Source of the DNA: Rotaria socialis
Lineage: Eukaryota
DNA: 64,000 nt
Assembly: GCA_905331295.1 (NCBI GenBank)
Contig: CAJNYD010000034.1
Span: 124,001-188,000 of the forward strand
Direction of reading: 5' to 3'
Program-made: the position numbers and the translations under genes
Notes under the pieces: model-generated
Database searches by the model: none
What the model was told of the DNA's origin: nothing
The model's input: the letters and a program-made list of their open reading frames with translations, nothing else
In this document: piece by piece, positions 21,108 to 41,000 of the stretch
Position numbering within the stretch: the first letter of the stretch is position 1
How the letters are laid out: each line of letters starts with the position of its first letter

Positions 21108-22680
21108 CTAATATAAACCACAGCCACGAAGATTTAATGTAATAATAACCTAATAATACAACACAAACAGAAACGACGAAATAGATCATTTTTTCTTTTT
21201 GATAAATAAGCTCTTTCTTACATCTGTAACAGCATCAAAGACAAATTGCACATTTTGTGTATCTGTCGCACATGTGTGATGACAATAAACTTCTTTCTGT
21301 GTTGATTTATTCTTAGCAACAAATTGTGCTTGAATATATTCTGCAGCTGGATCATATTCATTTGGTCCTGTGTATTCACGAAAACAGAGTGTTAATGGTG
21401 AACGTTTTATTTTTTCTTCGAATAAATCTTTTTTATTCAAAAATAATATTATGCCAGTATAAACAAACCTAAAAAAAAATTATTCAAGAAAAATTTGAAG
21501 AGCAACTAGCTGAAGAAAATTACAAACCATTTATTATTACAAATACTATCAAATAGACGTAATGATTCATGCATACGATTAGTCGACTCATCTTCATATA
21601 ATACTTGATCATATTCTGAAAGTGCTACACAAAATATAATAGCAGTAACATCTTCAAAACAATGAATCCTATTTGAATAGTAAACAAAAAAAAAGAAAGA
21701 TATATTGAATAAAATTTCATTTTAGAAATTAATCTAACAAACCATTTCTTTCTTTCAGATCGTTGTCCTCCGACATCAAATAATCGAAAGTTCAAATTTT
21801 TAAATGAAAAATTAATTTCAACAATCCCAGTTGTTTTAACACGCGTCCGTAATATATCTTGTTCATTAGGCAAGAAGTCTTGTGAACCAATACGATACAA
21901 TTGATCGAGAAAATATTGTGCCGAATCATTTAATTGATATTCATTACTACGTAAAAAACATTGTTGAACACCAGTGTCGGCCCATAAACGTTCCATCGAT
22001 GATAGTAATTCACTATTGAATGGTTCAGTATCTTTCATACGTTGTATGACTTCAAGCACACGTTGAGCATCAGCTTCTCTTTCAACTGATGCAAATTGTA
22101 TATTGAGCATATTCATAGCGCGTATGATAGCGCCCAACGATTGAATAGTATTTGAATACACAACTGGACGATACTGTTCAAATTCTTCTTTCGTATAGCC
22201 ATGTTGATGAATAATACGCATTTGTTTAACAATTGTTGATTTACCCGATTCACCAGCACCTAAATTTTTCAAAACAATAAAAGTTAATATTGAGAAATTC
22301 AAGGATCTCTTCTTTTTTGTTTGTTTAATCATACCAAGTAACAAAAGTTTAACATCTTTAGCAGCTCGTTCAGCATCTTCTTTTATTAATCGATCGAGTG
22401 CTTTGCTGTACTAAAAATTTCAAAAAAAAAAATTCTTTTTTTTTAAATAGAGAACATCGATCTATGGTGAAAGAAGCGTTATTTAGTAGTCTTTTTTTTC
22501 CAGAAAAATAATAAGATCAATTAAACCTTGTGTTATGTTAATCAAAGAAGTTAAAATCTATCTATCTTACTCATGAATAACTTCTGCAAGAATAAAAATG
22601 AAATATTTTTACATTAAATTTCATAGAAATAGACATACCTCTTTTTGTCGTTTTTCATCTTGACTTGTTGCACAACCCAT
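21108..22680 (-). CDS. GNAO1: Heterotrimeric G protein alpha subunit, Go class
   Basis: Starts MGCATSQDE (ATG 22680; myristoylation/palmitoylation-type MGC). Contains [36 protein letters not shown] and TCATDT. Last exon 21149-21108 reads [13 protein letters not shown], the Go-type C-terminus. Confidence 0.93.
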
Positions 22681-23136
22681 TGTATTGCTGATAATCAAAC
22701 TTTCTTTTTCTTTTAGCGAATTGTTTTTTTTACGTTTTAATACAAATAATCATTGGCACTTTTAGATGCAATACAATACACAAGTAGTAATCATGGAAAA
22801 AGAAGACGAAGAAAACAGAAATATTGCGACGCCATGTTTTTTTTCCATATCGGGAGAAAAAAAATATATATGATTCAACATACATCTAGTGACAATGAAT
22901 AAATGCTTTGAAAAAATGCATCATAAGAAAGAGTCACTAGTTTTGTGCTGTTTAATAAGTTCTTATTCTTATTTGAGAATTTAATATTAGATTTTAATTA
23001 AAATTTATTCGTGATTACAAATTATTTTATTATTAGTAGTAAATTAGACCAATTGACTTTATTTCTAATTTTCATATTTTTTCCTGCGTTTTAGTGTTTT
23101 TTATCAAAAAGTCAATTGAATAAATTATCGGGCTAA

Positions 23137-27586
<4,450 letters not shown>

Positions 27587-27881
27587 TAATCAATGAATTG
27601 AATGGAATTCAAATTAAATAAATAATTATCAATGTGAACATGCAGTCTTTATTTTTTATTCATTTATTTTCATGTTCAATTCCTTATCTTTGTTTTTTGT
27701 TGTGTACTTTCGGTGTTAGATATACGTGCAATAGTTATATTTATTTATTCAGTCATATATTTTGTTTTTTATTTATCAAAAAGAATCGGCAGTGGTTATA
27801 CATATATGTTTATATACTATCTTATTATTAATTTTTTCATTATATTTTGTCTTTTTATTAATATTGAGGCAATACTTAGAT

Positions 27882-29669
27882 ATGTCCGTGTTGAACTTCC
27901 TTAATCGTCCATTAAAAGTATTGATTGACTCAAGACTATTTATTTGTCGGTATCAATCACAAAGACTATTAGATTTATTAAATAAAAAGGCTGCCATTGA
28001 AAATGAATATAATGATGAATTAGAAACATTGCCATTAGGAAATACAATTGAATGGAATAAAAAACTAAAATCCTATCGTATGCGAAATCAAGAAAAGAAC
28101 GCATTAAAACTGTTCGAAGTCGGCATACGAAAGCATCAATTTCAACCAGATTATATAACATATATAAGTATGCTTGAAATATGTAAAGATATCAAAGATG
28201 TTGATAGTGGACAATATATACATCGAATTATTAATAAATCATCCGTTCGCGACAACAGTCGTTTGCAACTTGTTTTAATGGTATGATTATTTATTAACTG
28301 TTTCGTTTCAAAAATAGAAAAGAAAACAAATTCTCTTATTCTTCTTCTTCTTCATTAAGGAAATGTATATGAAATGTGGAGATGTAGATGGTGCTCGAGA
28401 AATGTTTGATTCATTAAAGCATCGAACAGTTGTGGAATATAATGCAGTAATGACGTAAGTTCTTCAAAATGTGACGAAAAATGAAGAAATTTTTATTATG
28501 AGAAAATTCTAAAATATTTTTGAATTGTACTTTCTACCTAGAGCTTACAATACTCATCAAAATCCTCAAGGTGCGATAGATCTCTTCTATGAAATGCAAC
28601 AAACAGACAAAACGAAACCTAATAATGTATCGTTTATGTTATTTTTTCAAGCATGTATTAAACTGCAATTATTTGAAAAAGGCAAAGCATTACATGAAGA
28701 ACTTAAACAGAAAACATCAAATTACATCAAAAATAAGGTTAGACATTGATTCTATTTTGACAGGTTTTGCCTACCATGAAAATTATATGTGAATTTCGAT
28801 TGCATTTGTACGTGGAAATAAAAAAAGAAAATTTGCTTCTATTATTAGCAACAAAATTCCAGTATACGAATCTTTTTCTAAATATAATTATCAATAGTAA
28901 CATATTGTCAATTGTTATCAGATGAACAAGAGACAATATTAATTATAATCAATTCTCATCCAATATAGAACAACGACAATTGACAGGCGTCTCAAATACT
29001 ACAGAAGTATCTCTATAATTGACAAACGTAACTGTTACGGTTTAAAGAAAATTAAATTTTCTTTTTTTTATTATTATAGAACTTCAGTAAAGATAAGTAA
29101 CATAACTGTCAACTCTCGATTAGATCTCACGAAAGAAATTTTCTAAATAATATTTTCATCAATTAAAACAAAAAAAACTTTCGAATTTCAAAAATATAGT
29201 TCTTTTTCCATTGTCATAACAACTATTCATGATATGAGCTTTCGTTAAGAACATGAATTAGCTAAGAAAACAAAAATTTTAGTATTGATGTCAATGCAAA
29301 AAATGGAATTTATTTTAGGAATTATCGAATCAAATCGTAGCCATGTATATTGCATCTGGTGACTATAGCATAGCTGAAGAATATTTTAATCAAATTAAAG
29401 AGCCAAGTGTAGCAAACTATGTTGGACTTATGAAGTATTATAATCAGCTAAAAAATTGGGAGCAGACAATACAATTATATGATAAAATGAAATTACAACG
29501 TAGAAGTCAACCAGACGTGTCAATATATTTAACTGTTCTAACAGCTATAAAAGAAATGAAGAATATTGAAGCAGCCAAACAAGTTGAACAAGATTTAATA
29601 AAACAAAATCTCTGGCAAAATCATGCTGAAATACAAAATATATTAGGAGAAATCCTACGAAATATTTAA
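27882..29669 (+). CDS. PLS-class (plant-type) pentatricopeptide repeat protein, ~346 aa, putative mitochondrial presequence, no E/DYW domain
   Basis: Exons 27882-28280, 28360-28454, 28542-28737, 29319-29669 join in frame. Motif order is P-L-S-P-L-S-P-L, with 31-aa S motifs (SRLQLVLMEMYMKCGDVDGAREMFDSLKHRT; KELSNQIVAMYIASGDYSIAEEYFNQIKEPS), P motifs (VVEYNAVMTAY...GAIDLFYEM...KPN) and L motifs (YITYISMLEIC...GQYIH; NVSFMLFFQAC...GKALH). Confidence 0.88.
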
Positions 29670-29779
29670 TAAATAGTAAACTAAACTTTTGTTATTTGTT
29701 TTCAAAATAAAAATAAAAATAAATCAATGAATTGTTCTTCCTCAGAACAGACGCTGAATATTTCTTTGGTTTTCAGATA

Positions 29780-31837
<2,058 letters not shown>

Positions 31838-32013
31838 AATACTCATTGTTTATTTTTGTCGATAGATGACAATTAAACTCATACATGTTTTTGTATTTAA
31901 ATAAAACACATGTGCATGCTTGTTTAGTCAATAGATAGACCTGAATGCCTAATAAAAAACAATGCTGTCTTTTGTTTTTGTCATTTTTTTCTAGTCTAGA
32001 TATATATATATAT

Positions 32014-35000
32014 ATGGATAACCATCCGAAACGATCACGACATCCTAAATTTCCTAAATCAAGTCGAAAATCTCATCCTATTTCTCTTCGTCCAATTATA
32101 TCGGGTGAAATATCTTCTCAATTTCAACATTCAGAAACTGGAAATATACGTCGAGCCAGCAGTGCCAATTCCGATCGATTAAATGACATCATTGATGATA
32201 TAACATCTGAAGGTGATGATTCACGAACTGGATCATTATCAAAAGCTGCAACAAAATCAACATCTAAGTTAGTTGAACCGTCTTCACCCACGATGAATGA
32301 GAATCGCGAATCACTTTTCACATTACCTTCTGCATCAAATTCTTATCGAGGTCAAGCATCGTCAACACAAAAATCAGATCGAAGAAAAAAAAGCACAGGA
32401 AAAGATAGAAAATCAAATCAATATACAGACCGAAAAGGTTTTTCCCCAACACGTACAAGTAATAATGATGATAGACCCGACCCAATAAGTCGACGAAGAT
32501 CAATGGGAGAATTACGTCGACATCAATTAACTGAATGCATGGAGTATTATCGACATTGTCTTGAATCAGCTCAAAATTCAAATCCAATTAGTATAAATGA
32601 TGATCCCACCAATAATGAAAAACGAAAACAATATGCAAGAGCGCTGTGGTAAGATATGATTTCCTTAGTTTCCGTACAAGTTTTCTGTTCTAACTAACAA
32701 AATGAATCTAGCTGCTGAAGACTCATAATTGTACTAGGCACAAAAAAAAGTATTGTGAGACTGCGTGTGATTGAATTAAATATTCGACATCACAGGAAGA
32801 AAAATCTGATTCTTACGAGTACGAGTCTGTCCAATCATATAATAATATTCAATAAATGATTAGTTCACTTTTTGAAATAAGAAACAAACTCTATCTAATC
32901 TTGAGAGTAATCAAATATTATCTACCATGTAGGTACGAACTAAAAAGATTTTTTAATGGAAACAATACATCAGATGAAAATGGTATTGAATTGGAAAAAC
33001 GATCGATTGAACATCAACGAAAACGGTATCTCGATGAATTTTATTCTGAATTTACTAGTTGTGACTTTGAAAAATCCCATCATTTTCATGATCATTCACC
33101 TATTCAACGGCGAAATTTAAATGAATATCATTTAAGTCATTGTCATGGAGTTGATAAAGATATGGAGCTCTTATTTGTGAAATGGGATCAAATATTATCT
33201 TTATTTCCTTCTTTTGCTGCACTCGAACAATATGATAAACGTTTTGATTCACGTACAAAAGAAGGAGGAATGTTTTATGAAAAATTAACCGTTTATCAAG
33301 CTTGGTTTAATTTAAATTCCGAAATAAATCGTTTGATTCTTGTTCTTGGTCGCATCATGGCATGTACACAATGTCAAATGTGGCCTATTGTATCTTGTTC
33401 GTCGGCGCCAAAGCTTAATGATAATGCAACAGTAAATGCATCTCGTCCACCAACACCTTCATCCACATCTAGTGGTGAACAAAAAGATGTTTTTGGTGCA
33501 TCTCCATCGAATTCAACGTTTTTCTTAACTAACCAAACACCATTAAAACAGCAATGTTCAAATCTATCCAATTCTTCACGCATATCTGCATCATCATCGT
33601 TTTCGACAACACCTGACGCAACGACTAGACGACATCATACAATAGCTTCAGTACCTAGTATGGATAACATTTATCAATTGTTAACATCAACATCGCCATT
33701 AACAGAATATTATTACAGGTAAGGATTGATTTAGAATACAGATTTTGTCTATGTGTTCGTATTGAGATGGTAGAAAAGTAATGAAATGATATCAAGTCGT
33801 TCTGGTATTAGAGTTCGAATAATTTCTATCGCATTTACAGGTTATATTAGAAGAGATATTCTTCTACCTACGGACTATCTATCAGAATTCAGTAGTCAGA
33901 ACCATTAAGCATTGTTCGAACTTTGAAATATTAATTTTGATTAGATCTTAATGATTGACTGTTTGAATTAATAGAAATTCAGATATAGAGTAGATTTATA
34001 AGGTTATTCAATTCTTTTTTGTTTGAGACAAGTGAAGCAGTCGAAATCTTCAAGCTGTTGACAGGGTAAATTCTTGACAACAATTATTTGCGTTAAGAGA
34101 ATTGCGAAATTACTTAATAAAAAAATAAAATCAACGATTCAGGTAGGGATACAACGATGAGACGAATAGTAAAGCCGATAAGAATATCTATGATGAGAAT
34201 CGGTGGATTCAAAATGTTCCGTTTGTCTTTGATAGAAAAGCATTTGAACAATAATAAAAACTCGATTATCACTGTAGATTTCTGACTCATTTACTGAGTT
34301 CAACAATTGTAACGAAGACGCTTGAAAGTATGTTCCTAGGTGTGAGACCGAATCTTTAGCATTTACCTTTGTTTTTGGGTCAAGACCATGCTTTATGTCC
34401 AAAGAAAATCTCAAATATATTGTAGAATTGTTGCACGTCTAGACAAATGTTAGTTGATTCATTTGAAAGGTGTCTAAAGAAATTCTTCAATGTCTGCCCG
34501 ATTGATGTTGTCTATGAAACAATATACACATAGATTTTTAGATATATTGATGATCAATTAACACATGCTCGACTTGAATTAATAGCAAGTATATTTCGTT
34601 CAAAACATGGCCCATTATTACAACGATTACGTTATATATTTCGAAAAGAACAAACAACCAGCGGAAATCCGGTATCAACAACGTTTGATGCCATATTTAA
34701 AAATCATCCATTACTGCCAGCTAATAGTGTTCCGAACGATTATTTAATTGATGTTGGACCTGATAAATTGATTGATGAATTTTTAATTCTAAACAAACAA
34801 ATACAAGAACTAAAAAATCCAAATCTTAGTAAATAATTTTTATCTGTTTATCCATAAATGCATATAATTTGTTTTTATTAATATTTTCATTAGCAAATAA
34901 AAAGAAACAACAGGGTAGAGCAACAAGTTCTGACCTCTCAATAAATATTCTTAATCGTTTTGATCTAAATCCAACATTAACATCAAGTACATTCCCACCG

Positions 35001-38000
35001 GCATCAGCACCAACATTAGTTTTAAAAATTTCCTGTCAAGATCGAAGTGTAATTAAGCGTCAATCTTATTTTCTTGATTATCTCGATCCAACATCATTTC
35101 CACATTTACCTGGCTCAACCTTATTTCCTGATCCATGTACATTTCTAGATAATTTACCATTCAATTCGTTGTCACAATTACCAAACGAAGAAAATGTGTT
35201 AATTGCAAAAATGTTAACTATATGCTATCGTCTTTATGATAAACATGTTTGGACTGAGAGTGGAAAATTTTCTGATATGTTTGAATTATTCCATTTACCA
35301 TCACTTTATCCGCAGTATGTTTTTCTTGTTCAAATTCCATTAGATATAATGCTTGCTTGGCAAAAATATCATCAAGATAGAAAAATGGAACAGACATCAA
35401 CAACAGGTATAATGATTGAAAACTTCGAGAAATTTAAATCAATAATAGAATTATTATTTTCAGTTGTATTTTTATTTTATGCAACAAAGATCTTATTATT
35501 AGAGAGATTATTTTTTAAAACCTTAGATGACTTTCTCGAATCCGAAATTCGTTTATTGTTTTAAGACGTGGTACATAACCAAAGAATTGAGGTTTTCTAC
35601 GTAAAGTTTGAGACTAAAGTAAGAAAATGAGAGATACAATCATGATTCCTTTGTAGAACAGTCGAATTTGTTTAAAATTGAACTATGCTTAAGATCGTAA
35701 TCAATACTGTCCATGTATTTGACACGATTGGTCTCAGTAATAACGGTGAAATAACGATCGACGAACAGTTAATTGTCATAAATGTCGAAACACTATAGTG
35801 TAATAACCAATAGACCGACACTTTCGCTTTTTCAAATAGTGAATACCAGAAGTGCAGTGCAAATTATGCTGAGAATTTTGTTTTGATTTGTAGGATGAGT
35901 TCTTTTCTATAACTCTTGTTGAATCATTTACTCTTTTGTGCAAAGAAAGTTTTTTTTAATTTTAGTAGGTGCTCTACTTCTATTAATTGATGAATGTAAA
36001 ATATTAATTCATAGCGCAACATTAATTCGTCATTATGTTAAAATAATGATTAGTGACATTTTCGGTAAGTTTTCTATTTATATTATAATAGAAGAAAAAA
36101 ATAGTAAACTCCTACTTTTCTAGAAACATCTGAATTAAAATTAGTTGAAGATGAACTAACACAATTCGATAAAAATATAACTGACACATTCTATGAAATT
36201 ATTGGTTATATTGAGCGTTATATTGAACTTTCTTTACGTTCCAATTTATTTCATAATTGTATTATTTTACTAAAAGAACAATGGAAATCATTGAAAAGTT
36301 ACGCTACTATGATGAACATTGAAGAAGATTTTGGTGATAAATTTCTACACATGTATTCAAGTGTAATCAAACATTTTCATGATTATATCGATGTATTTCA
36401 TTCGACAACGACAACAACAATAACAACAGATGCAACTAAAGTTGAACATATTAGAAAGAAAATGCATAGGAAATTTCAAAAAAAATTAACAATTGATATT
36501 CTACGTGAAGCTAAAGCTATTTATGATGATTGCTCATTAGCCATTAATATTTATTTACAAAAGCCTGTGTGCCGAAGATTTTTGCTTATTCTTAAAACAG
36601 CTCGATTTGAAAGAATTAAATTAGGTAAGAAGATTTAAAAACACGTTTTTTTACAAACTAACATAAGTTAACATATGTTTTAAAAGTAGTTTTCATTCTC
36701 CACATGACATGGCATTGCCACTTTTTTCACATGCTTTTTTAAGTAATGGCATACTTCAATATTATTAAAAAAAAGACTAATTATGCATGGATAGACGCAA
36801 ATACGGATGTGAGTGTGCGTCTTCTCTTTACTCACACTTAGTGGGTGTTTATCATGAGTGCTGCATTCGCATTACTAAAGTTTGCATGTCTCTGGTAACG
36901 ATGCATTAGAAATATAAAAGATTATATAGCGCGTCTCTGTTATCTCAGCATGACGTGTTCATCTAATGGAGAACGTTGTGCTTGTTGTTTCCTTCATTTC
37001 TAATCTATAACGTAGACGAGAAATTTTTCGTAAGTTCCGGCTGTCTAAATGAATGTCAATATGTGATATGAGACAAAGCAAAAAAGAATAGGTTAGACAC
37101 ATTTGATACTGAATAGATAAACTTTTTACATGATCAAAGATTAACAATACAACAGATTTATGAAGGATCTTGCATTCGTTAAGTTCAAATCTGAAATTTC
37201 ATGAATAATAAAACTTTTTATTCGATTGATATTATGCAAGAGACAACGTTATTTTGAGTTTTGATATACGGAAAGATAAATCTTCGATTTTTTACAAATT
37301 TTTAAGACGAGAAAATAAAAATAATCGTTAAGCCAGTACTCATAAATAGATGTTGACTTTTGCACAATAGCCTTCATTTATTTAGTTGTGAACTTCAATT
37401 GAATTTACTTTGACATTTTTCTATACAACTGTTAGTTTTGTATGATTGAATTTTGTCAAGTATTAATAATACGCTTCCAGCAGCTCGTATTGAAAAATAG
37501 AATGATGGTACTTGTAGAAGTAGTAAACAACATACTTGTGTTTTCTTCAAAAAGAGCTTGCTTCATTGACTCATACAGTTGGAGCAAGCAGTGCAATCGA
37601 CACAACTGACTAAATTTTATCAAATGAGATATTTAGGTGTTTGATAAAAATCCTGTTCGGTCTTATCTTTAGAGAAATTATGAAAGAAGAAAAGGAGAGA
37701 GAGAGTTGTTCGATTTTCTATTCAATATTAGCATATATTAAAAAAGACATTCACTAAAATATAATAACTACTTTTCGACCGAAGAAATTGCTCATGATGG
37801 TTAAAAATACATCAACGCAACAGAAACGCTGAGTACTAATCTACCAAGAGACCAATAGTACAGTATTAGTTCATATACTCTCTACGTGAATACTTTCTCA
37901 ACTGCGCATATGTATCAATACCAAGCACCGGTTTCGTTTTAATTCGAGTAGAATTTCTTTTTTAGGTTTTGGTAACTTAAAATCGTATGTTTTTTGAAAA

Positions 38001-41000
38001 ACTGAATAGATAATATTGTTTCAAAGAATCTAATGAAATTATGACAATAAAATAGTGCCATTGGTCTACAGATAATATTGATGAATACACGAGGAGCGGG
38101 TATGACTGTATAAACGTCACTGATGTTATCTTAGTGTCTGTTTGTTTCTTTTTCCAGCTTCCCTCTCTTTTTCTCTTGTTAGTTTTTGCGCCTAATATTG
38201 TTATTTCATTGTTCTTCTCTTTTCCCCTCAAGCTTCTTCGTATATCTATCTTCACTGAGATATACCTATACTCATTCTTTCAATACCTTTCGCTCATCAT
38301 TCGAGCGTATCTTCTCTGACTACTATTCTTCTTCTCTATCAAAAAGAATCATCTTTTTGATTAATTACATATTACATTTTTTTCTTTCAACTTGATTGTT
38401 CATTACAATCAATCTAATTCGATTGACTCTTACAATCGTTCGAACTCGTGTCAACTACTTGCTTGTGGAGTTCTTCTTATTCACAATTATTTCTGTTCAT
38501 TGAATAAACAATTGAATCTTCATCCAATATTCAATACTATTTAATTTTTATTGCTGTCATTCTGCCATAACCAATACTGTGGCACCTGACATTTTTATTA
38601 GTTGCGTCTCTGCTCCTCATCAAGGCGTTACAGCGAGGGGCAATGTCAGTGATAATTGCCTCAAATGCCTATAGACTGAGGTATGTTCAGATTTCCGAAA
38701 AAGGAAATTACAGAAATTTCCGAAGCTTCCATCAACTCGATTACTACATAGCAAAGCAAATGAAAATTTTTTGAAAATATTTGAAAGTTTAGAAATTTCG
38801 GAATCTTCTGTAATTTCGGAAATTTCGCTTGGTACAGAATTTTGGAAATTTCAGAAATTTCGGAAATTGTATAATTTTGGGAAATACCAAACAATTTAGA
38901 ACACAAGTACTTGAAATTTCCAAAACTTCCGAAATTTCCTTTTTTGGAAGCTGAACACTGCTGTATAGACTAGAGACTGTTAATTATATACCGAAAAGTG
39001 TTCACGTCAAGACTACTAGTTATACAAACAAATTCGTAATTGTCAGTGTACTACGTACAAATATCTAAACATTTTCAGCAAAACACATTTCTTGTTCATC
39101 GTAAGATTAGTGCAAAAATATCTCTTCCATCATTACTTTAACTCGACGATGTCAAAATTTAATTTTACTTATAGATCCTCATTCTCACCATCAGCATCAT
39201 CGTCAAACCACTAAACATGACAAAGAAACATTACCGACGTCACAATGTCTTCTATTTGCTCCGGCTGAATATTTTGAAGATAATGCAACAAAACTTCAAT
39301 TAATTCGTACATTATCATCATCTTTTCATATAAATACGAATAATCATATAGCTAGTGAACCAAGTGATGAACAATCATCACAAATACTAACTCAGCAACA
39401 ATCACCAACATCATCGCAACAGCCATCGAATTCGATAGGTACTATATCTCCTCCATTAGTCTATGTGCTTTGTGTTCCAATATCCAATGAGCTTGAGTCC
39501 GAATGGCGTGGAGTAACGCATACAATATCAACAAATAAAAATTTACCATCAATTTTACCATTAAATACCAATTGGAAAACAACAACAATATTTCTCTTGA
39601 CACAACAAACAAATAATATGGAGAAATTTGAAGAATCCTTTAGAGAACGTTTGTCAAAAACCAATGTTCAACAAAATGATCTATATAATTTTAATACAAA
39701 AACAGGACAAAACTTACAAAAACGTTCATGTTTTGAAAAAGTTGATCGTTCGATGAGTGATTTAGCACATGCAATATTAAGTTTAAGCAATTCTGTTGCC
39801 AGTAATGTTGAACAGTTTGAAAATATTATTGAAGCAATTGATAATCAAAATTTGTCCGGAGGTGATATTGAACAATCGAAAAAGATTGATACACGAAATT
39901 ATGTTGTAAGTTCTTTTGAAAAATATTATGATAAACTTGAATAGAACTTATTGTCTCTGATTATGTTATAATCGAAAGATAAAGGAAAAGTTTGTATTTA
40001 CGAGTTTAACTACTTAGAACTGCGCTTTTATTGAATTGAAAGCAACTGACATGTATAACATTGTTATGAATCCTCTGTTAAAAATGTTGACATAATATTT
40101 ATGCATAAAACTGCCTGTCATCTGAAGAGTGATGATTTCAGCTTATATTTAGCTGTGTACGATTGTACTCTATCTCTATGTATCAAACAAACACCAATGT
40201 GTTATTAAAAATCTTTGGAGAGAAAGTTTCTCCTAAGTGTTTTGTGGAAAGTTATGACACTTTCAGTAAAAAGTTGAACGAAAAACTGGTACCTAAAAAC
40301 AAATTATACGACGATATTTCATACATAGATCAGCTCCTTCTAGTTAAGAATGGCTCTGCTTACAAGTAAAATCTAGGTAAAATCTCAAGTCAAAATATTC
40401 TCGTTCGATTCTTTCACATATGTCATGTTATAATGCTACGGGGTCTGAAAACTACTCTAATTTTGTATGGAAATCGCAGGAGATTTTATCCTTTTTGCCC
40501 GTTTCTTTTGTAGTACGTTGGAATTTATAGAAGTGACAGATTTCGAGCCCAGATATAGTTATTAAGTTGGTGAGATAATTTTGAAAGTTGTCGAATTGCT
40601 ATCGTCTATTGAAAAATTTTCGAATGATATCCTGACTAATACAACAAGGGGAAATACTTAAATAACGAAGTCGTTTGAAAAGAATAATTGAAACATTCTT
40701 CTTTTGGTTAAATAGCTTCGTCGTAAATTTCCATTCATCAATTGGTGCATCTATTTAAATATAGTTCCGTATACTGAAAGTAGGGTAATGCGCTGGATAA
40801 GAATTCTGAATTTTTTGCTAGGAAAACTCGAAAATTTTTCAAGATTGGAGGGCGTCGCGNNNNNNNNNNCACCCCCCCCCCCCCCACTTGGAATACCCGT
40901 GTCAGGGATTTCTAGTAACCAACGATCAGGCTTGTTCAATCGAAGCCATTGTGTTTTTGCTCAATTCAAGATTTGGTATAGAAATAAGACTCCGATAAAT

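Noticed and set aside
38690..38950. Recurrent GGAAATTTC units as a CRISPR-like array
   Set aside because: Eukaryotic context, irregular short spacing, no cas genes; explained as MITE internal repeats.
40163..40369. 68-aa ORF (also 42110-42313 on -) as a nested gene or TE fragment
   Set aside because: No recognisable motif or supporting splice structure; a homology search is needed.
40430..40905. Possible hAT MITE ending at the poly-C tract
   Set aside because: No convincing matching left TIR or TSD, and an N gap interrupts it.
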